64,000 nt of DNA, taken from a bacterium (lineage in GTDB: Bacteria > Patescibacteriota > Minisyncoccia > Phycocordibacterales > UBA2100). The stretch is from contig JAUSJH010000002.1 in NCBI GenBank assembly GCA_030647655.1, forward strand, positions 43,711 through 107,710, read 5' to 3'. The first letter of the stretch is position 1. The number at the start of each line of letters is the position of its first letter. Shown in pieces: positions 1 to 9,019 of this stretch. The notes beneath the pieces are model-generated. The model did no database searches. It had not been told where the DNA came from and saw only the letters and a program-made list of their open reading frames with translations. Both the position numbers and the translations under genes were made by a program.

Positions 1-91
1 TGCGCGTGGAACCTTTTTCAGGGAAACTTCGAATGCGCGCACCAAACATCTTACTAACCGCTCGTAATCCGTCGGCGCAATTTAAGACACT

Positions 92-2599
92 ATGGCAAAG
101 TCTAGTGACGGGGCACGCGGAAAAGATGACCCAATACCTGTTCCGAAGGCACGACCCGAAGGGGTCGTATCGCGTAGCATCTCGACCGAAATGCGCGAGT
201 CGTATCTCGACTATGCGATGTCGGTCATCACCGCCAGAGCACTTCCCGACGTGCGCGATGGGCTGAAGCCTGTGCACCGTCGTATTCTCTTTGCGATGCA
301 AGAGGCGGGCCTCTCCGTCTCCGCGAAGACGCGGAAATCGGCGACCGTCGTCGGAGATGTCTTGGGCAAATACCATCCGCATGGCGACGCATCGGTCTAC
401 GACGCGATGGTAAAAATGGCGCAAGATTTCACCATGCGTTATCCGCTCATCGTCGGGCAGGGCAACTTTGGCTCTATCGATGGCGATGGCGCCGCCGCGT
501 ATCGGTATACGGAAGCCAAGATGTCGCGTCTCGCTGGTGAGATGATGAAGGACATCGAAAAAGAGACCGTTGACTTCGTTCCGAATTACGACAACACCAA
601 ACAAGAGCCCGCTGTATTACCGTCCGCGACGCCTAATCTGCTCCTGAACGGCACTTTGGGCATTGCAGTCGGTATGGCAACGAATATCCCGCCCCACAAC
701 CTGCGCGAAGTGTGCGAAGCGGCGGTGCATCTTATCGAAAACAGTTCAGCGACGACCGAAGACCTTCTGCACTTCGTACAGGGTCCGGATTTTCCGACCG
801 GCTGTATCGCGTTCAACCAGAAGGACATTGCGCACGCGTACGCGACCGGCCGTGGCGGGGTCGTGGTGCGCGGAGACGCAGAAATAGTCGAAGGCAAGAA
901 GGGCGATTATCAAATAGTCATCACCTCGATACCGTTCCGTGTCAACAAATCCGATTTGCTGACCAAGATCGCCGACCTTGTGCATGAAAAGAAGCTCGAA
1001 GGAGTGCGCGATATCCGTGATGAGTCCACCAAAGACATCCGCGTCGTCGTCGAATTGAAGAACAATGCAAATGCCCAGACAGTATTAAACTATCTCTACA
1101 AACACACACAGCTCGAAGAGACCTTCCATTACAACGTCGTCGCACTCGTCGATGGCGTGCCGCAGACGCTTTCCCTGAAGGCACTCCTCGAATACTTCAT
1201 CGCGCATCGCAAGGAAGTAGTCACGCGCCGCACAAGGTACGACCTCAAAGTGGCGACTGCGCGCGAGCACATCTTGCTTGGTCTCAAAAAAGCGCTCGAC
1301 CACATCGACGAGATAATCGCCCTCATAAAGAAATCAAAGGATGTAGACGATGCGCGGGCGGGCCTCATGTCGAAGTTCAAGTTCTCCGTCTTGCAGGCCA
1401 ATGCCATTCTCGAGATGCGCCTCTCCAAGCTCGCCGGTCTCGAGCGCAAAAAGGTAGAAGACGAACTGAAAGAAATCCAAGCGCTCATCGAGGAATTGAC
1501 GGCGCTCTTGAAGAGCGAGAAGAAGCTCATGGGCCTTATCACCAAAGAGATACGCGAGGTTATCGAGAAATACGGCGATGACCGTCGCACCAAGATAGTG
1601 AAGCGCGGAGCGACGATACTCTCTGCTGAAGACCTTATCGCGGACGAGGATTCGGTCCTCGTCCTCACACAGGGCGGCTACATCAAGCGCACGAATCCTG
1701 CGGAATATCGCCGACAAAAGCGCGGCGGAGTGGGCGTCGTCGACCTCGATACCAAAGAAGAGGACTTCGTCACGCAATTTCTGACCGCCTCCGCGCACAG
1801 CGACCTCCTTTTCTTCTCTGACCGCGGCAAAGTGTATCAATTGAAAATGTACGACCTGCCGGAAGGCAAGCGCGCGACCAAAGGCAAATCCATCATGAAC
1901 TTCATTTCGCTCGAACAGGGTGAGCAGATAACCTCCATCCTAGCGATGCCGAAAGAAAAGAAAGCGGTCGAGGGCCTCTCGCTCATCATGGCGACGCGAA
2001 ATGGCACGGTAAAGCGCATCGCCGCCAAAAGTTTCTACGAAGTCCGCCGAAGTGGCCTTATCGCAATCGGTCTGGATAAGGGTGATGCGCTTATTTCCGC
2101 GCAATTTGTATATACCGGTGACGATGCGGTCCTAGTGACCTCGAAAGGACAGGCGATACGATTTGCCGCAAAGCAAGTACGCGAGATGGGGCGGCAGGCG
2201 GCGGGTGTGCGCGGCATGAAGCTCCGAAGCGGGGATTCGATAGTTGGCGCGGGTATCGTGCCCAAGGGCGCGAAAGACGCCCAACTCCTCGTTCTCTCCT
2301 CGACCGGCTATGGAAAAAAGACCAAACTGACCGAATACAAGACACAAGGCAGAGGCGGCTCGGGCATTAAGACAATGTCTATTACTCCGAAGACCAAACA
2401 GCTCGTGGGCGCGGCGGTCGTTCTCGCAAGGGGCGGGGAGCTTGTCGCGATGTCCAAGAAGAGCCAGACCATTCGCACGGGTCTTGATGAGATTTCCACG
2501 CTCTCGCGCGCGACCCAAGGCGTGCGCGTCATGAAAATGCGTGAAGGGGATTCGGTCGCGTCATTCGTGGTGTTCGAGGCACAAGTAGCTGGAGAGTAG
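92..2599 (+). CDS. gyrA: DNA gyrase subunit A
   Basis: 835 aa ORF. N-terminal region [28 protein letters not shown] with the active-site Tyr region YHPHGD, and the C-terminal beta-pinwheel repeats typical of GyrA. Confidence 0.95.
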   Translation: MAKSSDGARGKDDPIPVPKARPEGVVSRSISTEMRESYLDYAMSVITARALPDVRDGLKPVHRRILFAMQEAGLSVSAKTRKSATVVGDVLGKYHPHGDASVYDAMVKMAQDFTMRYPLIVGQGNFGSIDGDGAAAYRYTEAKMSRLAGEMMKDIEKETVDFVPNYDNTKQEPAVLPSATPNLLLNGTLGIAVGMATNIPPHNLREVCEAAVHLIENSSATTEDLLHFVQGPDFPTGCIAFNQKDIAHAYATGRGGVVVRGDAEIVEGKKGDYQIVITSIPFRVNKSDLLTKIADLVHEKKLEGVRDIRDESTKDIRVVVELKNNANAQTVLNYLYKHTQLEETFHYNVVALVDGVPQTLSLKALLEYFIAHRKEVVTRRTRYDLKVATAREHILLGLKKALDHIDEIIALIKKSKDVDDARAGLMSKFKFSVLQANAILEMRLSKLAGLERKKVEDELKEIQALIEELTALLKSEKKLMGLITKEIREVIEKYGDDRRTKIVKRGATILSAEDLIADEDSVLVLTQGGYIKRTNPAEYRRQKRGGVGVVDLDTKEEDFVTQFLTASAHSDLLFFSDRGKVYQLKMYDLPEGKRATKGKSIMNFISLEQGEQITSILAMPKEKKAVEGLSLIMATRNGTVKRIAAKSFYEVRRSGLIAIGLDKGDALISAQFVYTGDDAVLVTSKGQAIRFAAKQVREMGRQAAGVRGMKLRSGDSIVGAGIVPKGAKDAQLLVLSSTGYGKKTKLTEYKTQGRGGSGIKTMSITPKTKQLVGAAVVLARGGELVAMSKKSQTIRTGLDEISTLSRATQGVRVMKMREGDSVASFVVFEAQVAGE

Positions 2600-2650
2600 T
2601 TTCCCCACGTATGCGGCACGCGGGCTCGAAGCCCTAACGTCCGCGGTATA

Positions 2651-3241
2651 ATGAACGCAATGCAACATGTGCAAACGCATGGTCCTTTGTCCGCACACGG
2701 GTTTGCGCATCCGCGGCGCAATGTCGCGGCACTCGGCGTCGAGCCGGGGATGTCGGTTGCTGATTTTGGTTCGGGGAGCGGCATTTATGTTCTCCATATC
2801 GCCGAAGCACTCGAAAATTTCGGGCATGTGTATGCGATAGACGTGCAACGCGATTTGCTTCAGCGTGTCAAGAACGAAGCGCACCGGCGCGGATTCAAAA
2901 ACGTCGAAGTTATCTGGACCGATCTTGAACACGAAGGCGCTTCAAAGATTGCCGATGGAAAGCTTGACCTCGTCCTCATTTCCAACCTTCTATTTCAGAT
3001 AGACAACAAGGCAGCGCTCTTCCATGAGGCGGCGCGGATACTGCGCCCTACGGGCAGGCTTGCTGTCATTGATTGGCGCGAGTCATATGGCGGCATGGGG
3101 CCACAGAAGGCGGATGTCGTCACGCAAGAGAAAGCACTCGCGCTCGCCCACGAACATGGATTTGAATTACAGCGTGAATTTCCCGCGGGCGCTCACCACT
3201 ACGGGCTTATTTTCCGATTAACAGTCCACCCCAAAACATGA
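2651..3241 (+). CDS. class I SAM-dependent methyltransferase
   Basis: Motif I VADFGSGSGIYVLHIA, an acidic post-I residue (AIDVQ), and a motif II-like LDLVLISN. Small 196 aa Rossmann-fold methyltransferase. Confidence 0.7.
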   Translation: MNAMQHVQTHGPLSAHGFAHPRRNVAALGVEPGMSVADFGSGSGIYVLHIAEALENFGHVYAIDVQRDLLQRVKNEAHRRGFKNVEVIWTDLEHEGASKIADGKLDLVLISNLLFQIDNKAALFHEAARILRPTGRLAVIDWRESYGGMGPQKADVVTQEKALALAHEHGFELQREFPAGAHHYGLIFRLTVHPKT

Positions 3242-4536
3242 GAAAACTTTCGATGTTCCAGATCATGCTTCTCGTCATCTTCGGCGGTCTTGCCGTATCT
3301 GGTGTCTTGATATTCGCACTTGCCATAGGCGGCGGCGACACGAACACGATCGGTGCCGTCAAGATTTGGGGCACGCTTGACCAAGGGGCGTTTTCCATCG
3401 TCATCCGACAGGCGACAGAACGCGATGGACAATTGAGCCAAGTCACCTACGAGCAAAAAGACCCGGCGACCTACGAGAGCGAGCTCACCAATGCGCTTGC
3501 AAGCGGCACGGGGCCAGACCTCTTCCTGATGCGGCAGGATTACGCACTTAAAGACGCCGGCAAGGTTGCCCTCATTCCGTTCTCGGCGCTTTCGCAGGCG
3601 CAATTCGAGAACGCTTTCATCGAAGCGGCAAGTCCATTCCTTACGCAAAAAGGTGTTACTGCAGTCCCCCTCTTAGCCGATCCTCTCATTTTGTATTGGA
3701 ACAAAGATATGTTGGCTGCAGGTGGATTCGCACAGCCACCGAAATATTGGGACGAGCTTTTCAACATGGCGCAGAAGATAACGACGAAAGACGACACAGG
3801 CTCTATCCGCAAATCCACGGTTGCATTCGGTGAATATCAGAACGTAACGAATGCCAAAGATATCGTCGCGACCATGATACTCCAATCCGGTAGCACCATC
3901 ACAGCGTACGACAACGGAGGGCACCTCACTCCCGCGCTCGCGCCGCGCGCTGGGGGCGCCACACAAGCAAGCGTGTCGGCCCTGCGTTTCTACACGGAAT
4001 TCGCGGACCCTTCCAAGAACAGTTACTCATGGAACCGCTCGCTTCCGGAAGCGCAAAAAGCATTCGCTTCGGGCGATGTAGCGCTCTACATCGGGTATGC
4101 AAGCGAGGCACCACTTATCGCGCGCACGAATCCAAACCTTAATTTTACCGCCTCGCCTATGCCGCAAATACGCACCGGCGGTAAGACACTCACCGCCGCG
4201 CGTGTCTATGCACTCGGAGCTTCCCGCGCAGGCAAGAATCCGACCGCTGCCATTACCGCGGCGTTCCTTCTGGCATCGTCCGAGAATGCGAAAGCGCTCT
4301 CGAGTGCGCTCGGGATACCGAGTGCACGCCGCGACGTCGTGGGGCAATCTGCGCAAGGCACTGACGACCTCTTCAACAAACAAGCCATTCTTGCCAACTC
4401 ATGGCTTGATCCTGATCCTGAAAAGACAGCTACGCTCTTTCGCGCTATGATCGAAGGTACGACAAGCGGAACCTTGCAGGTAAGCGAAGCAATCCAGCGC
4501 GCGGACCAGCAATTGGCACAAATTCTTGGCCTATGA
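3238..4536 (+). CDS. extracellular solute-binding protein (SBP family 1-like), membrane-anchored
   Basis: N-terminal transmembrane/signal anchor (MFQIMLLVIFGGLAVSGVLIF). About 430 aa periplasmic-type binding-protein composition. Start overlaps the upstream stop (ATGA). No adjacent permease genes. Confidence 0.55.
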   Translation: MRKLSMFQIMLLVIFGGLAVSGVLIFALAIGGGDTNTIGAVKIWGTLDQGAFSIVIRQATERDGQLSQVTYEQKDPATYESELTNALASGTGPDLFLMRQDYALKDAGKVALIPFSALSQAQFENAFIEAASPFLTQKGVTAVPLLADPLILYWNKDMLAAGGFAQPPKYWDELFNMAQKITTKDDTGSIRKSTVAFGEYQNVTNAKDIVATMILQSGSTITAYDNGGHLTPALAPRAGGATQASVSALRFYTEFADPSKNSYSWNRSLPEAQKAFASGDVALYIGYASEAPLIARTNPNLNFTASPMPQIRTGGKTLTAARVYALGASRAGKNPTAAITAAFLLASSENAKALSSALGIPSARRDVVGQSAQGTDDLFNKQAILANSWLDPDPEKTATLFRAMIEGTTSGTLQVSEAIQRADQQLAQILGL

Positions 4537-4991
4537 GCAAAACCGACAAACCGACCCCATCTGCGTCGTTGCAGGGCCCCAGCAGCTTTCTCGCCGTACA
4601 TGTACGTACGACTCGTTCGCTGCTCTCCCCGCGCCTCGCATCTCGGGCCGTCTTGTCACTTTTGTCTGTTATTGCATTTTATATACTCACCACCGCTGTT
4701 GCCCACGCACAAAGCACCGGTCTGGAAAATCCACTCAACAGTAATTTCAGCACCATCCCCGCCTTTATCGCGGGAGCTTTGAAGGTCCTCGTCATCGTGG
4801 CGCTACCTGTCATAGCGCTCTTCATCGTCTATTCCGGATTTTTGTTTATCTTTGCCCGCGGCGATCCTACAAAACTCACGAAAGCAAAAGAAAATTTCGT
4901 CTACGTTATTATTGGGGCGCTCCTCATTCTCGGGGCATGGGTCATCGCGACTCTCATCGGAGGGACCGTAACTCAATTAGTTGGGAATTAA
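4533..4991 (+). CDS. TrbC/VirB2-like pilin family small membrane protein (paralog A)
   Basis: Signal/TM segment AVLSLLSVIAFYILTTAVAHA-QS, then two hydrophobic helices separated by a short K/E loop (ARGDPTKLTKAKENF). This architecture is typical of the TrbC/VirB2 pilin-like proteins abundant in CPR genomes. The N-terminal extension may be over-called. Confidence 0.5.
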   Translation: MSKTDKPTPSASLQGPSSFLAVHVRTTRSLLSPRLASRAVLSLLSVIAFYILTTAVAHAQSTGLENPLNSNFSTIPAFIAGALKVLVIVALPVIALFIVYSGFLFIFARGDPTKLTKAKENFVYVIIGALLILGAWVIATLIGGTVTQLVGN

Positions 4992-4992
4992 T

Positions 4993-5379
4993 ATGCGACA
5001 TGCTCGGACCATATTACCTATACTATTGCTCGCGGCGCCAGCGGTCGCCAGCGCCGCCGCACCACGCACATTTCAGGAGCTTGCGAGCCTCATCGTCCTC
5101 ATACTCGACAATGCTACGGCAGTCCTCATTGTCGCCGGTATCGTTATCTACTTCTGGGGCATCTCGACCAACATCCTAAAACTCAGCGACGAAGGCGGAG
5201 CAAAACTCAAACTATATCTTTTCTGGGGGATCATCGTGCTTTTTGTGATGGTATCCATTTGGGGAATTCTGCGGCTTCTACAAAGTACGATTTTTGGTAG
5301 TAGTGCATATAGTCAATCGTCGGAATTGACCGAGAGCAGGTCACCGGATCTTTTCCAGCCTCCGGTCTTTAGCGAATAA
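4993..5379 (+). CDS. TrbC/VirB2-like pilin family small membrane protein (paralog B)
   Basis: ATG lies 1 nt after paralog A's stop. Signal peptide ILPILLLAAPAVASA, two TM helices, and the motif FVMVSIWGILRLLQST shared with paralog D. Confidence 0.55.
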   Translation: MRHARTILPILLLAAPAVASAAAPRTFQELASLIVLILDNATAVLIVAGIVIYFWGISTNILKLSDEGGAKLKLYLFWGIIVLFVMVSIWGILRLLQSTIFGSSAYSQSSELTESRSPDLFQPPVFSE

Positions 5380-5386
5380 CATTACT

Positions 5387-5830
5387 ATGCAAAGCCCACG
5401 ACTTCTTCCGCGCGCGCTCATGCTGGAAACGGCGGGACTTGCGTTTCTCACGACAGTGGCTCCGATGATGGCCTCGGCACAGGCGCTCACAAAAGCTGTC
5501 GGAACCTTCAACGTCTTTGTCGGGCTAATGCTCACTGCCTCCATCTTGGTATTTGGCACCGGATTCGTAGTCTGGTCCGTGCGTCTCGGGACGTGGCCGA
5601 CCTACCGCACGGAAGGCGTAAGGATAATGGAGTGGGGGGTCGTGATACTGTTTGTGCTTGTAGTAATCCTCGCTATCGTGCAGTTCTTCCAGAGTCATGC
5701 GCGGGCGGCCGCATATATCGTATCAACCATTGTTCTCATACTCGTCGCGGCCGCTATACTGGTGATGGCGGCCAAGGGCGAGAAAAAGAAGGAAGAGAGA
5801 AGGCCCCCGAGTCAGCAGGGGTTCCCATAG
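5387..5830 (+). CDS. hypothetical polytopic membrane protein
   Basis: Signal-like N-terminus (LAFLTTVAPMMASAQA), four predicted hydrophobic helices, and a lysine/glutamate-rich C-terminal tail. Confidence 0.45.
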   Translation: MQSPRLLPRALMLETAGLAFLTTVAPMMASAQALTKAVGTFNVFVGLMLTASILVFGTGFVVWSVRLGTWPTYRTEGVRIMEWGVVILFVLVVILAIVQFFQSHARAAAYIVSTIVLILVAAAILVMAAKGEKKKEERRPPSQQGFP

Positions 5831-6072
5831 GCCCGTCCGTCTGCGAGCTTGGCACACACGTACTCGTGCGTGCACCACCACTCTCATATCGGCTTCGCCA
5901 ACATTCGAGCCCTTCGGGCGCCTCGCGGCGGGGTCGGTTATCCACATCAAGTTTATGTTGTCTATTGTGTTTTCTGCTCCTATCTATACCATTGAAGTAC
6001 TCCCGCCTGCGCCGAAGGCTTCGGCGGGCAGGTAGAAATAGCGTCCACATTTATATATAGAATAAACAGAAT

Positions 6073-6435
6073 ATGCGGAAAATCATTGTTTCGTCCGGTT
6101 TTGGCGCAGCTCTCATCGCGCTCCCCGCACTTGCTTCTGCGGCGACACTGCTCGATACACTCGCTCTTTTCAATACCTTCCTGAATGCCCTCATTGGGCT
6201 TTTCATCACACTTGCCATCGTGGTCTTCTTCTGGGGCCTCATTGAGTACCTCGTGAACGCGGGGGAAGAAAAGTCCAAAGGCCTGCAAACTATGTTCTAC
6301 GGCGTTATTTGCATCTTCGTCATGGTTTCCATCTGGGGTATCATCCGGCTTCTGCAGACTACCTTCAAAGTCACTTCGACCGATCCTGTAATCCCGAAAG
6401 GTATACAGATAAATACCGGAGGCACCTATTACTAA
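6073..6435 (+). CDS. TrbC/VirB2-like pilin family small membrane protein (paralog D)
   Basis: Signal peptide ALIALPALASAAT, two TM helices with loop GEEKSKG, and the motif FVMVSIWGIIRLLQTT nearly identical to paralog B. Confidence 0.55.
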   Translation: MRKIIVSSGFGAALIALPALASAATLLDTLALFNTFLNALIGLFITLAIVVFFWGLIEYLVNAGEEKSKGLQTMFYGVICIFVMVSIWGIIRLLQTTFKVTSTDPVIPKGIQINTGGTYY

Positions 6436-6484
6436 TGGGTCTCATGGCCGCGTCTTAAAAGGCTGAACGAAACGGCCGCGCTCT

Positions 6485-6793
6485 ATGGATGCTCTCGGAA
6501 ACGTAATGGATAAGTTCTGGGCCTATATCATCTCTCCGGCCATTCTTGTCATTTTCGCCTGCGGGTTCTTTCTGTTCGTTTTTGGACTCGTTGAGTTTCT
6601 CTGGAAGTTGAACGAAGGGGGAGATAATAAAGATGGGAAACAACACATGGTGTGGGGCATCGTCGGAATGCTCATCATGGTATCAGTGTGGGGTATTCTC
6701 GACCTACTCGACAACACCTTCGGCCTCGACTATAAGAATCCCGATGTCGGCCGCGCGCAGAACGTGCAAATCCCCGTCAATTTCGGGAATTGA
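6485..6793 (+). CDS. TrbC/VirB2-like pilin family small membrane protein (paralog E)
   Basis: Two TM helices with loop NEGGDNKDGK and the motif LIMVSVWGILDLL related to paralogs B and D. No obvious cleavable signal. An alternative start is possible at the internal Met, 6506. Confidence 0.5.
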   Translation: MDALGNVMDKFWAYIISPAILVIFACGFFLFVFGLVEFLWKLNEGGDNKDGKQHMVWGIVGMLIMVSVWGILDLLDNTFGLDYKNPDVGRAQNVQIPVNFGN

Positions 6794-6818
6794 GAAATAT
6801 TGTTAGGATACGCGAGTA

Positions 6819-6900
6819 GGGCAGGTGGCGTAATTGGTAGCCGCGCTAGGCTTAGGACCTAGTCCCGCAAGGGGTGCGAGTTCGAGTCTCGCCCTGCCCA
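6819..6900 (+). tRNA. tRNA-Leu (anticodon TAG)
   Basis: Acceptor stem GGGCAGG/CCTGCCC. Anticodon stem CTAGG/CCTAG with loop CTTAGGA. Long variable arm and T-loop GTTCGAGTC. CCA is not encoded. Confidence 0.8.
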
Positions 6901-6960
6901 CTGACGATTTCTAGGAGCGACGATGTTTCCAAATGGTGAAAGTTATGTACAATCGTTGAA

Positions 6961-7033
6961 CCGCCTATAGCTCAGCTGGTAGAGCAACTGCCTCTTAAGC
7001 AGTGGGTCCCTGGTTCGAATCCAGGTGGGCGGA
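6961..7033 (+). tRNA. tRNA-Lys (anticodon CTT)
   Basis: D-arm GCTCAGCTGGTAGAGC. Anticodon stem ACTGC/GCAGT with loop CTCTTAA. T-arm CCTGGTTCGAATCCAGG. Confidence 0.8.
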
Positions 7034-7100
7034 CTAACAAGGAATCGGTAGTGGGCAAAAGCGAACGAATCAATGAGTGATTACCCTCCCGTTATTTTTT

Positions 7101-7880
7101 CTAGAGCTTCTTCGAAAAATAGTGCGATTCTCGAACTTTCCAATTCCTTTTAAGAGGGTCTAGTACTTTTTCCCCGTATTTCTCTATTACTTCATCTGCC
7201 GTTTTGTTCTTAACCTCGTCATCTTCATTAGCCATGCCTTTAACAAGTTCCTCAAGGTGTGGATCCCTCTTTTTTAATTCGTATAATGTCCAAGTGGAAT
7301 CAAGGCCAGCTTTTCTTTCTATTTTTGCCAACGATGAATCGTTTGCTCTCGCACACTCCCAATAGACTACCGTAGCCTCAAAATAGTCGCGAAGTAAATC
7401 AGGAATGCTCATCGTCTTGAGTTTGTTTTCCATTTTTATAGTGAAGAGCAAATGTTGAACAGCGAGGATGAACATTGGGACAGAGAGCACCGTAATGAGC
7501 ACGTCCAACGACAATGTAGTTACTAAGTATGGTTCAGCTTGGATTAGCGAGAGTCCTAGATTCTCCACCCACAAATAAATCAGAAAGACTGTCGCGAAAA
7601 AGGCTACAAGCGCATATAATGCGATGAAGGTGTACGCAAGTTTGCCTCGCCATCGTAGGAAAGAGAGCAAAGCCACGAGACCAATTATTTCGACAGCCAG
7701 TGAAGTCAGGATGTCTATCGCTCCGTCATGATTGTGAAAATTGCCATATTGAGTCCGAATGGTGGTCGTTAGCCAGAGTCCAATCACGATCCAGAGGAGC
7801 CGATTTCGACTCTTCAAAAGTAGCAGAATCTCGTTCCACAGAAACGCATGGTAATTCTTCAGTTTTTCTTTTTCAGCCAT
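7101..7880 (-). CDS. hypothetical membrane protein (low-GC)
   Basis: 259 aa ORF with about 5 hydrophobic helices and a charged C-terminal domain. The local GC is markedly lower than the flanks. It lies between tRNA-Lys and tRNA-Leu. Confidence 0.5.
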   Translation of the reverse strand: MAEKEKLKNYHAFLWNEILLLLKSRNRLLWIVIGLWLTTTIRTQYGNFHNHDGAIDILTSLAVEIIGLVALLSFLRWRGKLAYTFIALYALVAFFATVFLIYLWVENLGLSLIQAEPYLVTTLSLDVLITVLSVPMFILAVQHLLFTIKMENKLKTMSIPDLLRDYFEATVVYWECARANDSSLAKIERKAGLDSTWTLYELKKRDPHLEELVKGMANEDDEVKNKTADEVIEKYGEKVLDPLKRNWKVRESHYFSKKL

Positions 7881-7911
7881 ACTGAGATTTTAACAACAAT
7901 ATATTGTTTTG

Positions 7912-7995
7912 TGCCGGGGGTGGGAGTCGAACCCACAAACCTGTTTAAGGTCAAAGATTTTAAGTCTTCTGCGTAAACCATTCCGCCACCCCGGC
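7912..7995 (-). tRNA. tRNA-Leu (anticodon TAA)
   Basis: The reverse complement reads GCCGGGGTGGCGGAATGG...CTTAAAA (anticodon TAA), a long variable arm, T-arm GGTTCGACTCC, and acceptor CCCCGGC. Confidence 0.8.
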
Positions 7996-8001
7996 AGATC
8001 C

Positions 8002-8586
8002 CTATGTCGCAGGATTTCTGCGCACTATGAGTATACACACGGTTGAGGCATAGGCGAGAAATAAGTACACAGGGTAGAGGATATTCTGAAGCTCTAGGTT
8101 GTTTGAGGAAAGTAGCCCGAATAGAGCACCAGCTGAGAGCAAGACATAGGTCATCATAGTTTCGCTGTGTGGTAATCGGTACGACTTGATGGATGTCGGC
8201 AAAAGGAATAGGATATCGGCGATAATCGAAATGATAATTGCTGAAAGGGGTTCTTTGGTCGCAATCCAACTGATAATTGCTACTACGCCAAGCACGAAAC
8301 ACACTTTGTCGAGCGTATTGAATTTCGCATACCCATACCGGATGCCTAACACAGCAATAGTGGCGGTGCCGATCGTAGAGGCAATAGGCACAACTAGTGA
8401 GAGATTGGTGCCTTTCGCGAACTGAGCAACTATGGTTATTGTCGTCAGTAACGACCAGCCGACCCAAGAAACAATATTAGGATGAGTAGTGCGTGACAAA
8501 ACATCCCGTATATAGGGAATAGTCCCGGCAACCAGAAGAAGTCCAGATAAAATCGCGCATCCTATACGGATCGCATCTATGCTCAT
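8002..8586 (-). CDS. hypothetical 6-TM membrane protein
   Basis: Hydrophobic throughout (MSIDAIRIGCAILSGLLLVAG...). Start chosen at the Met immediately next to tRNA-Cys; the upstream extension in the ORF track would overlap the tRNA. Confidence 0.45.
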   Translation of the reverse strand: MSIDAIRIGCAILSGLLLVAGTIPYIRDVLSRTTHPNIVSWVGWSLLTTITIVAQFAKGTNLSLVVPIASTIGTATIAVLGIRYGYAKFNTLDKVCFVLGVVAIISWIATKEPLSAIIISIIADILFLLPTSIKSYRLPHSETMMTYVLLSAGALFGLLSSNNLELQNILYPVYLFLAYASTVCILIVRRNPAT

Positions 8587-8587
8587 G

Positions 8588-8659
8588 AGGCCACGGCGGG
8601 ACTCGAACCCGCGCATAAGAGTTTTGCAGACTCCCGTGTTACCCCTTCACCACGTGGCC
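8588..8659 (-). tRNA. tRNA-Cys (anticodon GCA)
   Basis: The reverse complement reads GGCCACGTGGTGAAGGGGTAACAC-GGAGT-CTGCAAA-ACTCT...GCGGGTTCGAGTCCCGC-CGTGGCC. Confidence 0.8.
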
Positions 8660-8692
8660 ACGTGTCGAACGCCCAACGGGGCAACTATAGCA

Positions 8693-9016
8693 TCAGTTTC
8701 TCGTTAATTCATCGACCCGTTGGCGGTTCTTTTCGCCGATGTCGAGGAGGAAATCAACGACAGGAATCGGGTGGAGACGGCTGTGGTTTTTTATGTACGC
8801 GCGGAAGTCTGTGCGGCTACGCTTTGCGAATTTGAGGGCTTGTGCTTCCATCGTCTGCGGCAGGACGGAGAAAAATATCTTCACCTCTTTGAAACTTGGG
8901 GAGACATCCGCATGCGTCACGGTGATGAGTGCTTTGACGGCTGATTCGCGCGCGAGAAAATCTCCCGCCATATGCGCGATTACTTCTGAAACCTGTGTTT
9001 GTCTCCGTGATTCCAT
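8693..9016 (-). CDS. rbfA: ribosome-binding factor A
   Basis: 107 aa. KH-like RbfA signature (VKALITVTHADVSPSFKEVKIFFSV) and the classic position immediately downstream of infB with a 4-nt overlap. Confidence 0.8.
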   Translation of the reverse strand: MESRRQTQVSEVIAHMAGDFLARESAVKALITVTHADVSPSFKEVKIFFSVLPQTMEAQALKFAKRSRTDFRAYIKNHSRLHPIPVVDFLLDIGEKNRQRVDELTRN

Positions 9017-9019
9017 GGG

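Noticed and set aside
1129-1840. Several 150-180-aa minus-strand ORFs inside gyrA
   Set aside because: They are fully embedded antisense to gyrA, with low-complexity Ser/Arg-rich translations.
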